Origin: Ignavibacteriales bacterium
GTDB taxonomy: Bacteria; Bacteroidota; Ignavibacteria; UBA10030; UBA8401
Assembly (NCBI GenBank): GCA_037443785.1
Contig: JBBINR010000007.1
Span: forward strand, 2,709 to 66,708
Length of the DNA stretch: 64,000 bases
Reading direction: 5' to 3'
This document shows, piece after piece, positions 38,324-48,100 of this stretch (the first letter of the stretch is position 1; every line of letters starts with the position of its first letter). Below the pieces are notes generated by a model, which searched no databases, was not told the DNA's origin, and was given only the letters and a program-made list of their open reading frames with translations. Position numbers and translations under genes: made by a program.

Positions 38324-39727
38324 ATGTCTTCTTCCCAAACAAGCAATGAAACAACTCTGGCGCGCCGATTAACGTTGACCAACGCTATCATGGTCGTCAT
38401 TGGATCGGTTATTGGTTCCGGAATTTTTTTAACACCGCAAAATGTTGCTGCGACGGTTCAAATTCCCGGCATCATGATTTTTGTATGGATCCTAACGGGA
38501 CTTTTAACGCTGGCCGGCGCGCTGACGAATGCCGAAGTGGCAAGTTTAATTCCTGAAGCAGGCGGACAGTACGTTTTCTTTCGTGTCACATTCAAACAAC
38601 TCACGGCGTTTCTGTACGGATGGACAACATTTATTGTGTATCAAACAGGATCAATTGCCGCCATCGCCGTTGCGTTCGCAAAATATTTCGGATACTTTGT
38701 TGTCCTGCCGCATTTCGGCCCTGAGTTAGAGGCATGGAAACTCCCGTTGATCGGAAACATTTATCCGCTAAAAGATTTCGGCGTTACGATGCTCGCAATT
38801 CTTGCAATTGTTACCGTAACAACGATTAATTATTTCGGAGTCCAATTCGGCGGATTAATACAAAATGTTTTTACGTTCTTAAAAGTACTCGCGATCGGAA
38901 GCATTATCGTTCTTGCATTTACTGTCGGAAAAGGAAGTGTTGAACATTTCTTTCCGCTCTGGGGCGCTCCATCATCAAACGGATTGCTCGCCGCCATTGG
39001 TGTTGCAATGATTGCAACGCTCTGGTCGTATGATGGATGGAACAGCCTTACCTTTCTTGCCGGTGAAGTGATCGAGCCGCAAAAAAATATTCCCCGTGCA
39101 TTAATTATTGGGACAGTTGCCATCATCATCATTTACGTCCTCACCAACATGGCGTATTTGTATATCCTTCCCATCGGTCAGATTGCTCAATCAAAACTTG
39201 TTGCCGCGGATGTGATGGACACGATCTTCCCTTCGCTCGGCGGAGCAATTATTTCTGCGATGGTGATGATCTCGACATTCGGAACGGTAAATGCATCATC
39301 GATGACAACCGCACGAGTGTTTTATGCGATGGCAAAAGATAAAATGTTTTTCAAAAGCATGGGGAAAGTCCATCCGAAATTCAGGACACCGGGAAAATCG
39401 CTCATCATTCAAGGAACATGGGCAAGCATCTTGTGCCTTACAGGCACATACGACCAGATTTTTACGTACGTAATTTTCGCCGGTTGGATTTTTTATGCAC
39501 TTGGCGCTGTTGCAGTTTTTATTCTTCGCCGCCAGCAACCGGATAGTCATCGCGCGTACAAAGTTCCACTCTATCCGTTCGTTCCAATTCTCTTCATCAT
39601 TGTTGCAACATGGTTCGTGTTCAATACCATTGTGCAGCAAACGGCTGATTCGATGGTGGGATTGCTTCTTGTTGCGGCGGGGATTCCGTTCTATTTGTAT
39701 TGGCAAAAGCAGATGACGAAGGAGTAA
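38324..39727 (+). CDS. APC-superfamily amino-acid permease.
   Basis: 467 aa with 12 TM helices. N-terminal LTLTNAIMVVIGSVIGSGIF is the consensus APC signature. Confidence 0.85.
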   Translation: MSSSQTSNETTLARRLTLTNAIMVVIGSVIGSGIFLTPQNVAATVQIPGIMIFVWILTGLLTLAGALTNAEVASLIPEAGGQYVFFRVTFKQLTAFLYGWTTFIVYQTGSIAAIAVAFAKYFGYFVVLPHFGPELEAWKLPLIGNIYPLKDFGVTMLAILAIVTVTTINYFGVQFGGLIQNVFTFLKVLAIGSIIVLAFTVGKGSVEHFFPLWGAPSSNGLLAAIGVAMIATLWSYDGWNSLTFLAGEVIEPQKNIPRALIIGTVAIIIIYVLTNMAYLYILPIGQIAQSKLVAADVMDTIFPSLGGAIISAMVMISTFGTVNASSMTTARVFYAMAKDKMFFKSMGKVHPKFRTPGKSLIIQGTWASILCLTGTYDQIFTYVIFAGWIFYALGAVAVFILRRQQPDSHRAYKVPLYPFVPILFIIVATWFVFNTIVQQTADSMVGLLLVAAGIPFYLYWQKQMTKE

Positions 39728-39750
39728 ATAACTTTTTCGATTTAAAACAC

Positions 39751-39786
39751 AAATCCCCGAAACCTTCTTGAGATTTCGGGGATTTT
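39751..39786. terminator. Bidirectional terminator between the convergent permease and fusion-protein genes.
   Basis: aaatccccgaaaccttcttgagatttcggggattt is a perfect 12-bp stem. Confidence 0.7.
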
Positions 39787-39803
39787 CTTGACCTTCTATG
39801 ATT

Positions 39804-42800
39804 CTAAAAATCTCCGCCAAGAGAGAAGTAATATTTTGGGGGCGAAAAGTTCTGGTAGGTGTACGACCAGGCAACATCGATCTTGAGCGGCAAGCCGAAA
39901 ATAATCAAGCGCAATCCAAAACCGGTGCCGACTAAAAGATCCTGCGTTACGGTATTGCCGCTCGCCGTTTTTCCAATTCCTTTATAAGCTTTATCGTCTG
40001 TCCACGAAGATCCGACATCCAAAAATGTTGCGCCGGTAATATTATTGAATGCAATCGGCAATCCGCCGGTGACCAAATATTGAATGAACGGATAGCGAAG
40101 CTCGTAGTTCATCAATGCAAACTTCGTCCCATTTTCGACATTGTAATTGTATCCTCGCAGCGGAAGCGCAGGAGTAAGAAACGCATAATCGGCAATGCTG
40201 TTGATCGGAATCCGGTTATTCTCGAACTCGCGGTTAATCCATCCGTCTGTTCCGCCGATAAAAAATCGCTGTGCATTTTTCCCCACGCTGATGCCGCCGG
40301 AATAGCGAATCACAAATGAATAATCTCTCCAAAATTTCGTATAGGTCCGGTAATCAAACGTATATGTTTGAAAGTCAAGCGCATTAGGACCGATATGAGG
40401 ACTGAACATTGCATTGATATTGTACCTCGTTCCGTTGTTCGGTGCGGTATATCCCCACAGCGTGTTGTCATGAATATAGCTGAATGACGGAATAACTAAC
40501 GAACTGTTTTGGTTTGGCTCCGCGCTGTAATCAAGGTTTTCCCGGAGCAGATTCATCCATGCAAGCGAGCCTTCAATCCGGTTGAATCGATCCAACGGCA
40601 GCGACGCCGATAATCCAAGCCCCCATGTTCTGAAGCGGTAAAGAGCGGAATTCCCGTATGAATCATAATTATATAAGAAGCGTGCGGAATGATATCCCTG
40701 AATTCCCCAGTCGATCATTTGGGGAAGATAGTAATACGCAAAAACATAATCGCTGTTTTTCAGGTCAAGGAGAAGATTCGTCAAAAAATAAATTTGATGA
40801 TCCCCCATCATGTCGCTGAACGCCATCATCGTCGTTCCCTGCACACCGTAAAACGTGCTGAACGCTGCGTTTCCGTATATAATATCAGGTGAAAAATTCA
40901 GTTTGTACTTATTAACGATATAATTTCCGTCGCTGTCAATATTATCGGAAACAGCGATATCTTTCTCAGATCCCGGATCGTAATAGGTCTGCTCTTTTTC
41001 TTTTACCGGCTCTTCAGAAAAAACATAATTATTGAAGTCGATCCGAATATTATCTCCGTAGACGCTTGTTGTATCTTTGGGCGCGATAAGATTCGCACCC
41101 GGCGCAGAATCTGTCTGTGTCACGGCAAATAATTTTTTCCGTTTCATATATTCTGTCGGCTCAACCTCGGCAACCTTCAGCGGGTGCTCAAACGGGGTTT
41201 TCAACAAAAAGATATCGAAGCCGGCTTTGTTGAGCGATGAGAAAGCAAGTTTATTTCCGTCGGCGGAAAGCGAAAGCTGATATACTCCCGTAATCGAATT
41301 CGTCACCGGTTTATCTTCACCCGTTTGAAGATTCCGCTCATACACATTGCCGATACCGTTTCGATCCGAAACGTACAGCATTTTTTTCCCATCCTGAGAA
41401 ATTACGGGCGATGTCTCGTCGCTGTTGTTATATTCAATCACGCGTTTGATTTCCTTCGATGCGAAATCGAACGAGTAAATATCGAGCTGCGAATAATCGA
41501 ATCTCGAAATCCTGAAATTATTTGGATGAAGCAGCGGCGTCGTAAAATCACGCCGATCGGACGCAAAATAAATTTTCTTCCCGTCCGGAGAAAATACCGG
41601 ATCGGCATCGGAGAACACATCATCCGTAATATTCTCCAGTTTTTTTGAATTCACGTCATAGACATAGACGTCGGATTGCGATGAAGTGTTTCCAATAAAG
41701 GCAATCTTGTTGCCTTGCTTCGACCAGTCCACCGAGAAAATTCCATCAAGATCAAATTCCAATTTCTCTTCGTCGCCGCTCGCAATATCGATCAAATGAA
41801 CCGCATCGTGATCGCCGCTTTTCACCGCCAAGGCAATTCTTTTTCCGTCAGGAGACCATGACATTCCCGGTGTTAACAAATGAAGTTCTTCAAAATTTTT
41901 CGTCCGCTGGCCGTCAACAATTTTTGTAATTTTATTGTCAATCGTCGAGATAACATACACATCAAAGTAATCATCGCGATCAGAGATGAAGGCGATCTTG
42001 TCTCCCTGCGGAGAAATTGCCGGACTTGTATTATAGAAATTATTTTCTTTTGTGTGATTTGTTATACGCGTCGCAAAATCAGCCGGTTCTTCCCGCTTCG
42101 CTACATCGGGCCAATACACCACTTTTTGTTCTTTCTGCCACCGTTCGGATAATTCTGAAATCGTTAATCCGATAGCGGATTTAAATCCCGCATCGATACT
42201 CCTCGCCCCTTTTACGCGGTGAAGAATTTCAGCAATTTTTTGATCGCCGTACTTGTTGGCGATATAGTACCACACCGATTGTCCGCCGCGATAGGCAAAA
42301 TAGCCTCCGAGATATTCGATCGGCGGAAGATATGTATTAATTGTTGCATCGCGCATAAACATATCGGAATTCACATCCCACTTCAACGCTTCGTACTCGG
42401 CAAGCCCTTCGTTCATCCACATTGGCAATTGAATTCTGATATTATTGGAAATGATCGATTGAATGGAGCCCCCGTAAAACATATCATTGAGCACCGCGTG
42501 AACCAACTCATGGTGAATGACATGCCGAAACTGACGGTAGTTCCCTTCATACGGAAGGACAACACGGTTCTTGAATAATTCCGTTACACCACCGATGCCC
42601 TCTTCAAGATATTCACCGACAATATTCGTCTGTTGAAAATCGTTGTGGGAATTGTATACCATGATCGGAATGCGATTATTCAGCTGATATTTAAACGATG
42701 TACTTATTGATGTGTAGGCAGATTCTGCTGCTGCTGCAGTAAAGTTCGCAATCTTCACCCCGCCTTCGTAAAAATAAATATCGAAGTGATCGGTTTGGAT

Positions 42801-42950
42801 GTATGACCAATTAAACCGCTTATACTGAACTTTATTTTTTCCAAAATTCCCGTCTTGAGAAAGACCAAGCTGGAGTGCTGTGATGCACAGAATCAAAAGA
42901 ATTTTTCTCATAGATTTCCTCATTCCTCTTTCTACAATAACATTTCTCAC
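39804..42950 (-). CDS. Large secreted fusion protein with three modules: an N-terminal HExxH gluzincin-like domain, TolB-like PD40/WD40 beta-propeller repeats, and a C-terminal Omp85/BamA-type beta-barrel.
   Basis: Signal peptide (probably from MRKILLIL). HHELVHAV...NEGLAEY zinc-site-like motif. Repeated PD40 units (ISPQGDKIAFISDRDDYFDVYV, WSPDGKRIALAV, FSPDGKKIYFASDRR, ISQDGKKMLYVSDRNGIGNVY). C-terminal FFIGGTDGWINREF...LRGYNY...FLDVGSSW...GTGFGLRL...YYFSLGGDF matches Omp85 barrel motifs, with a terminal Phe. Confidence 0.7.
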   Translation of the reverse strand: MRNVIVERGMRKSMRKILLILCITALQLGLSQDGNFGKNKVQYKRFNWSYIQTDHFDIYFYEGGVKIANFTAAAAESAYTSISTSFKYQLNNRIPIMVYNSHNDFQQTNIVGEYLEEGIGGVTELFKNRVVLPYEGNYRQFRHVIHHELVHAVLNDMFYGGSIQSIISNNIRIQLPMWMNEGLAEYEALKWDVNSDMFMRDATINTYLPPIEYLGGYFAYRGGQSVWYYIANKYGDQKIAEILHRVKGARSIDAGFKSAIGLTISELSERWQKEQKVVYWPDVAKREEPADFATRITNHTKENNFYNTSPAISPQGDKIAFISDRDDYFDVYVISTIDNKITKIVDGQRTKNFEELHLLTPGMSWSPDGKRIALAVKSGDHDAVHLIDIASGDEEKLEFDLDGIFSVDWSKQGNKIAFIGNTSSQSDVYVYDVNSKKLENITDDVFSDADPVFSPDGKKIYFASDRRDFTTPLLHPNNFRISRFDYSQLDIYSFDFASKEIKRVIEYNNSDETSPVISQDGKKMLYVSDRNGIGNVYERNLQTGEDKPVTNSITGVYQLSLSADGNKLAFSSLNKAGFDIFLLKTPFEHPLKVAEVEPTEYMKRKKLFAVTQTDSAPGANLIAPKDTTSVYGDNIRIDFNNYVFSEEPVKEKEQTYYDPGSEKDIAVSDNIDSDGNYIVNKYKLNFSPDIIYGNAAFSTFYGVQGTTMMAFSDMMGDHQIYFLTNLLLDLKNSDYVFAYYYLPQMIDWGIQGYHSARFLYNYDSYGNSALYRFRTWGLGLSASLPLDRFNRIEGSLAWMNLLRENLDYSAEPNQNSSLVIPSFSYIHDNTLWGYTAPNNGTRYNINAMFSPHIGPNALDFQTYTFDYRTYTKFWRDYSFVIRYSGGISVGKNAQRFFIGGTDGWINREFENNRIPINSIADYAFLTPALPLRGYNYNVENGTKFALMNYELRYPFIQYLVTGGLPIAFNNITGATFLDVGSSWTDDKAYKGIGKTASGNTVTQDLLVGTGFGLRLIIFGLPLKIDVAWSYTYQNFSPPKYYFSLGGDF

Positions 42951-42956
42951 AACCGA

Positions 42957-45146
42957 TTAGTGCCGACGCCTTTTCCCCGGTTTCTTTTGTTTTGCCTTCT
43001 CTCCAATATCATTTTCGGCAAGCACAAAATCAATCTGCCGGCGTTCGGGATTGACCTTGGCCACCTTGACAATTACAGAGTCTCCAAGGCGATAACGATG
43101 CCCGCGTTTTTCTCCAATCAACGCATACTGGCGTTCATCGTAGGAATAATAATCATCATTCAAATCACGAACGTGCAAAAGCCCTTCGACCAAAAGATCA
43201 TTGATTTCAACAAAAATTCCGTACTGCATCACGCCGGAAATAATCCCTTCAAACTCATCGCCGATGTGCTGCTTCATATATTCCACCTGCATCACTTTAA
43301 TCGTCTCGCGTTCGGCTTCTGTGGCAACTCGTTCGCGGTCGGAAGAATGCCGGCACATTTCCGAAAGATGTTTTTCGAAATATTCTCTCCTGCTCGGATG
43401 TATTCCGCGGTGATACTCGTCGAGCAAACGATGGACGATCAAATCGGGATACCGGCGAATGGGTGACGTGAAATGCGTATAGTGCGAAAACCCCAAGCCG
43501 TAATGCCCGATATTTTGCGGGGAATATACTGCTTTTGCCATACTTCGAAGCGCCACCTCGGAAATAACGTTTTCTTCCTTTGAATCTTTCACGTCGCTTA
43601 ACAATTTCTGTAATTCTTTAGACGATGCAGATTCATTAATGTTTAATGTATAACCGAATTTTTGCACGAACATTGAAAGGTTTCGCAGTTTATCCGGGTC
43701 CGGTGTGGCATGAATACGGTAGACAAAGGGAAGAATTTCTTTTTTCTTTGCAATCGATGAGATATAGGTTGCCACCGTTTGATTTGCAAGGAGCATACAT
43801 TCTTCAACCAACTGATGACTTTTCAAACGTTTCTTGATATTGATTTCAACCGGTTTCCCTTTTTCATCATAGCGGAATTTTGCTTCCGGCGAATCGAAAT
43901 CGATGCTGCCGTTCTTCATCCGTTTCTTTCGCAGAATCTGCGCAAGAGACCAGAGCGTCGCCAATTCATTGACGAAATCGCCTTTTTTATCATCGAGAAT
44001 TTTTTCTACTTCTTCGTATGTGAACCGCCGTTTTGAATTAATGACACTTCTCGTAAATGAGTAGTCGGTTATTTTCCCGCGATTCGAAACCGTCATGAAG
44101 CATGTATAGGCAAACCGATCGACGTGCGGCATTAAGCTGCACAGTTTATTGGAAAGTTTTTCGGGAAGCATCGGGATGACTTGATTGGCAAGATACACGC
44201 TTGTTCCGCGTGAGTATGCCTCTTCATCAAGCCGAGTTCCTTCTTTCACATACGCGCTGACATCAGCAATGTGTACACCAAGCGTATACGATCCATCCGA
44301 AAGATGGTCAATCGAAAGCGCATCGTCAAAATCTTTTGCATCGTACGGATCAATTGTCACGATCGTCGCACCGCGAAGATCCGTTCGCTTCGAAATTTCT
44401 TCGGCGGGAATTGTTTCTTTGAAAGCGGCAACTTCATGTTCAACGTCTTTCGGAAAGGACGTTGGGAGTCGAAACGCTTGAATCACGGAGCGGACTTCAA
44501 CAAACGGATCACCGGCTTTCCCAAGCACGGCGATGATTTTTCCTTCGGGATTTAGCTGAACGTCCTCCCATGCCAATAATTCTACGGTTACTTTATCGCC
44601 GGCCCGTGCACCGCGTAATTCGTTGGCAGAAATATAAATATCACGGTGCATCGTTGGATCATCGGGAAGAACGAAATAAAAATTTTGACTCCGTTCAAGT
44701 GTTCCGATAAATTCGACATGATTTCGCTTTATCACCGAAAGCACTTCACCTTCAACCAACCGTTCGACATTCGTCAAATGTTTCTTAGCAGCAAACAAAG
44801 AAACATTCACCGTATCGCCGTTTAACGCTGTTCCCATGGATTTTTTATCGATAAAAATCTCTTCGCCCTTTTCGGTCGTAACAATACCGAATCCCTGTTT
44901 TGTAATAACGATTGTTCCGGCAATTCCGCCGGATTTTTTCGAGATTTTGTGATATCCTTTTTTCTTTGTCCACACCAATTCGCCTTTTTCAACCATTTTA
45001 TGAAGGATGTCGCGCATCGCTTCAAAATCATAATCGGTGGTAATATTCAACCGGCGTTTCAACTGGCGCGATTTGAAGCCTTCATGCGGATGCTTATCCA
45101 GGTATGCAAGAATTTTTGTACGAAACTCAGATCTGTTCATAGTCAC
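42957..45146 (-). CDS. rnr: Ribonuclease R (RNB-family 3'-5' exoribonuclease).
   Basis: 729 aa with an N-terminal HTH/cold-shock region, the RNB catalytic domain (DPYDAKDFDDALS, HYGLGFSHYTHFTSPIRRYPDLIVHR), an S1 domain and a basic C-terminal tail KQKKPGKRRRH. Confidence 0.92.
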   Translation of the reverse strand: MTMNRSEFRTKILAYLDKHPHEGFKSRQLKRRLNITTDYDFEAMRDILHKMVEKGELVWTKKKGYHKISKKSGGIAGTIVITKQGFGIVTTEKGEEIFIDKKSMGTALNGDTVNVSLFAAKKHLTNVERLVEGEVLSVIKRNHVEFIGTLERSQNFYFVLPDDPTMHRDIYISANELRGARAGDKVTVELLAWEDVQLNPEGKIIAVLGKAGDPFVEVRSVIQAFRLPTSFPKDVEHEVAAFKETIPAEEISKRTDLRGATIVTIDPYDAKDFDDALSIDHLSDGSYTLGVHIADVSAYVKEGTRLDEEAYSRGTSVYLANQVIPMLPEKLSNKLCSLMPHVDRFAYTCFMTVSNRGKITDYSFTRSVINSKRRFTYEEVEKILDDKKGDFVNELATLWSLAQILRKKRMKNGSIDFDSPEAKFRYDEKGKPVEINIKKRLKSHQLVEECMLLANQTVATYISSIAKKKEILPFVYRIHATPDPDKLRNLSMFVQKFGYTLNINESASSKELQKLLSDVKDSKEENVISEVALRSMAKAVYSPQNIGHYGLGFSHYTHFTSPIRRYPDLIVHRLLDEYHRGIHPSRREYFEKHLSEMCRHSSDRERVATEAERETIKVMQVEYMKQHIGDEFEGIISGVMQYGIFVEINDLLVEGLLHVRDLNDDYYSYDERQYALIGEKRGHRYRLGDSVIVKVAKVNPERRQIDFVLAENDIGEKAKQKKPGKRRRH

Positions 45147-45148
45147 TT

Positions 45149-48100
45149 TCAGAAAGTGAAGCGGTAAAAAATTCGAGCGCCAAAGCTCGTGCGGGCTTGA
45201 ATCGAGTAATCGAAATTCTCAGTCTTTTTTTCTATCTCGAGCATGAAATTTCTTTTTTGTTTATCACCAAGCGGATATTGAAAACTGATGTTTGCATTAT
45301 TCACGTCTGAAAACACGCGGCCCCCGGCGTTGATCGTCGCATCCAAAAATTCCAAGCCAAATCGTACATCCGGATCGGCGCCAACCTGTCGAACTTCAAA
45401 AGATTTAACAAACGGAATATTATTCTTCTGGACGAATTCCATAACGTACGATGAGAGCATGCTGTTTACAAACGTCAAGCTGACATTGGAGAGCTGATCT
45501 GCAATTCTTTTTTGATCATCCGCTGTCAATTCATCGCGGAATTTCCCCGGCACGCCAGTCGATGAGGTAAGCAGGAATGACACTGCATCGTTTTCAACAT
45601 CGCCCGTACGTTCTGTCTCTTTGCCGGATTGATCGATTGTCTTTAATCCAATCTTTAATTTTGGCTGTATCCTGTTGCCGGTAATTGTTAATGTGACTAC
45701 GGCTCTTTCGGTTTTCTTTTCATCATTAAACGGTTGATGCGTTCCTTCATAGGTTGCGAGAATATTCAACTGCGGATTTTGAGGATCGCCGACAAACGTT
45801 AACGATCCGCTCGCGTTAAATTTTTTATAGAACGTATAGTTTGACTCATTGCCAACGTTGATCGTCCCTTTCAGCTGGACACCATTTTCACTTTTCGAGA
45901 GAACTAATTTTCCATTTAATTCAGCGTACAATTCTTCGTACGCTCCGGCATTTGCATTAAACACCATATCCACACGCACCGGTCCACGCGTCTGAATCGT
46001 CAATTCATAACCGAAACCGTCCAAAAATGTTTTTTCACTTTTCAGCGGAACAACAGCAATCGCCTGAATCGATTTTGCAATGGTTTCAACGAATGAGGTA
46101 TCCCTCTTCGGTTTCGATGTATCATCAACAAACTCCACGGTGTTAATAACAGAGGAAGAATATGATGTTGCTTGCTGAGTGGGGGGAAAAGTAAGAAAGC
46201 CTTGTTGAATATAAACAATACCGGCAACATGGGAACGATCAAAACTTCCATCGAATCGTAAGCTGTCACTTCCTGTTGAAGCGACTAATGTCCCAAAAAA
46301 AGTGGAACCGGTAGAACGAGAACGATCAGAAAGAATCAATAGCTCTCCTTTGGCTGTAAGGTGGTATTGATTCGGGACAAATCCGTTCATCACGATGTGA
46401 CCTCCGATATTCATTTTTCCTTCACTATAGTCGGACGGGACATTTGAAACAATAAGAGCCGGAAAACGAACTCGATTGCTGTCAAAGAGAAGTGTGCCGG
46501 CTGCGTCATACCGCAATCCGTTCATTTCAAAGACAAAATGTCCCTCTTCCAGCGTTGCCGTTCCATCAATAATTGGTTTTTTCATCGAGCCGCCGACATG
46601 GATGGCGCTTTTTATCCTTCCCGTAATTTCCTTTAACTCGGGAATAAATGGATCCAACGTTGAAAACTGCAGATTAGAAGTTGACAAAGAAACATCGAGA
46701 CCTTGAAAGTTTAATCGGTCAGGAACATCAACTAACCGCAAATCAATTGGAACATGTCCTTTCAGTACGATGTCTTTTGTTTTACTCGAATCCGGACTGT
46801 TTGAAATTTCAACGTTAATTGAAGCAAGGGTTTTTGCATAATCAATAATTGCACTTAAATTTCCCCATGGCGATTGCTGATACGACAGTGAATCACCCTT
46901 TACAGAAACTCTGAAATGAGGATCGTTTAATGAACCTTGAATCTCAGCATCGGCATTAATCGTGCCGCCCAAATTCATTACATAATCTTTAAATTCCGAA
47001 GATGATGTAAAATAGGAAAGATCGGAAAATTCGAATCCCTTCACTGCGGCCTTTGCCCTTATGCGGCCGTCAAATTCATATTGACCGGCAACCGAAACGG
47101 TTTGTGCCCGATGTAAAAAACTCGCAGAATCGACGGTAATTCCCTTTTGATCCATTTGAACGGCAAGAGCACCGTCATTAGAAAGCAAATACCCTCGATA
47201 TTTTACAAACATTTTTGAAAAATCAAATCGTTCAGACAAAGGAGAAATGAACATTTTTCCCTCGGCACCGACTGAAATTGTTGTATCAAGGTCAGAATAC
47301 GCGTTGATTGAGCCGATGGAATCATCAACATTCATTTGAAAATTAACAAACCTTAGAAGTGTTTTTCCAATCAATAATTCATTTGCAGTCGATTGAATAT
47401 TAGCAGTCATTGGAAGGACCACACTTCGAGCAAATTTTGGTTTGTCAGAAATTGAATACTCGACATTGATATTTTTTCCTTGAATCGATGTCGAATCTTG
47501 GTCATACAGGAATTTTTGCAAATTGATTTTCCCGCCCATCGAAGCAGTTTTATTATTGCCTTCCATAACACCCGCGAGAGTTCCCTGAGCATCGAATTGC
47601 GGAAGTTTAAAAAAAAGAGTAACCGGGCGGAGGTTCTTAACAAGAAAATCGTATTTCATACGGTGAGTCGTTGTATCATCGGCAATATTTTCGATAGAAT
47701 CTTGCTGAACGATAAACGTAGAATCAACGATGTGTCTTTGATATGAATACAATTGACTCATTTTTTTCACATTTCGCTCGAGAGTTTTAAGAAACCCTGC
47801 AAATGTAAAAAATCCGGAAATTTCTCCGTCGGCAACGGGAGATTGGACACTAATCGTTCGTTTGTGTAATGAATCAACAGAGATTTTTACAACGGCATGA
47901 GCTGAATCAATTGCTGAATGTTGAAACACGGAAGGATAAATTTCTACCCGGGTCTGAGAATTACCGGCAAGCAAATCAAGACTTTCGGCCGATCGTTGAA
48001 TATTGAATGATAATCGCGTTTGATAATATTCGTCACGGAAAATAGGAGCAAGATTTAACCCATTCGCAGTTGCAGAAACACTGTACGACGGAACAGTTCG

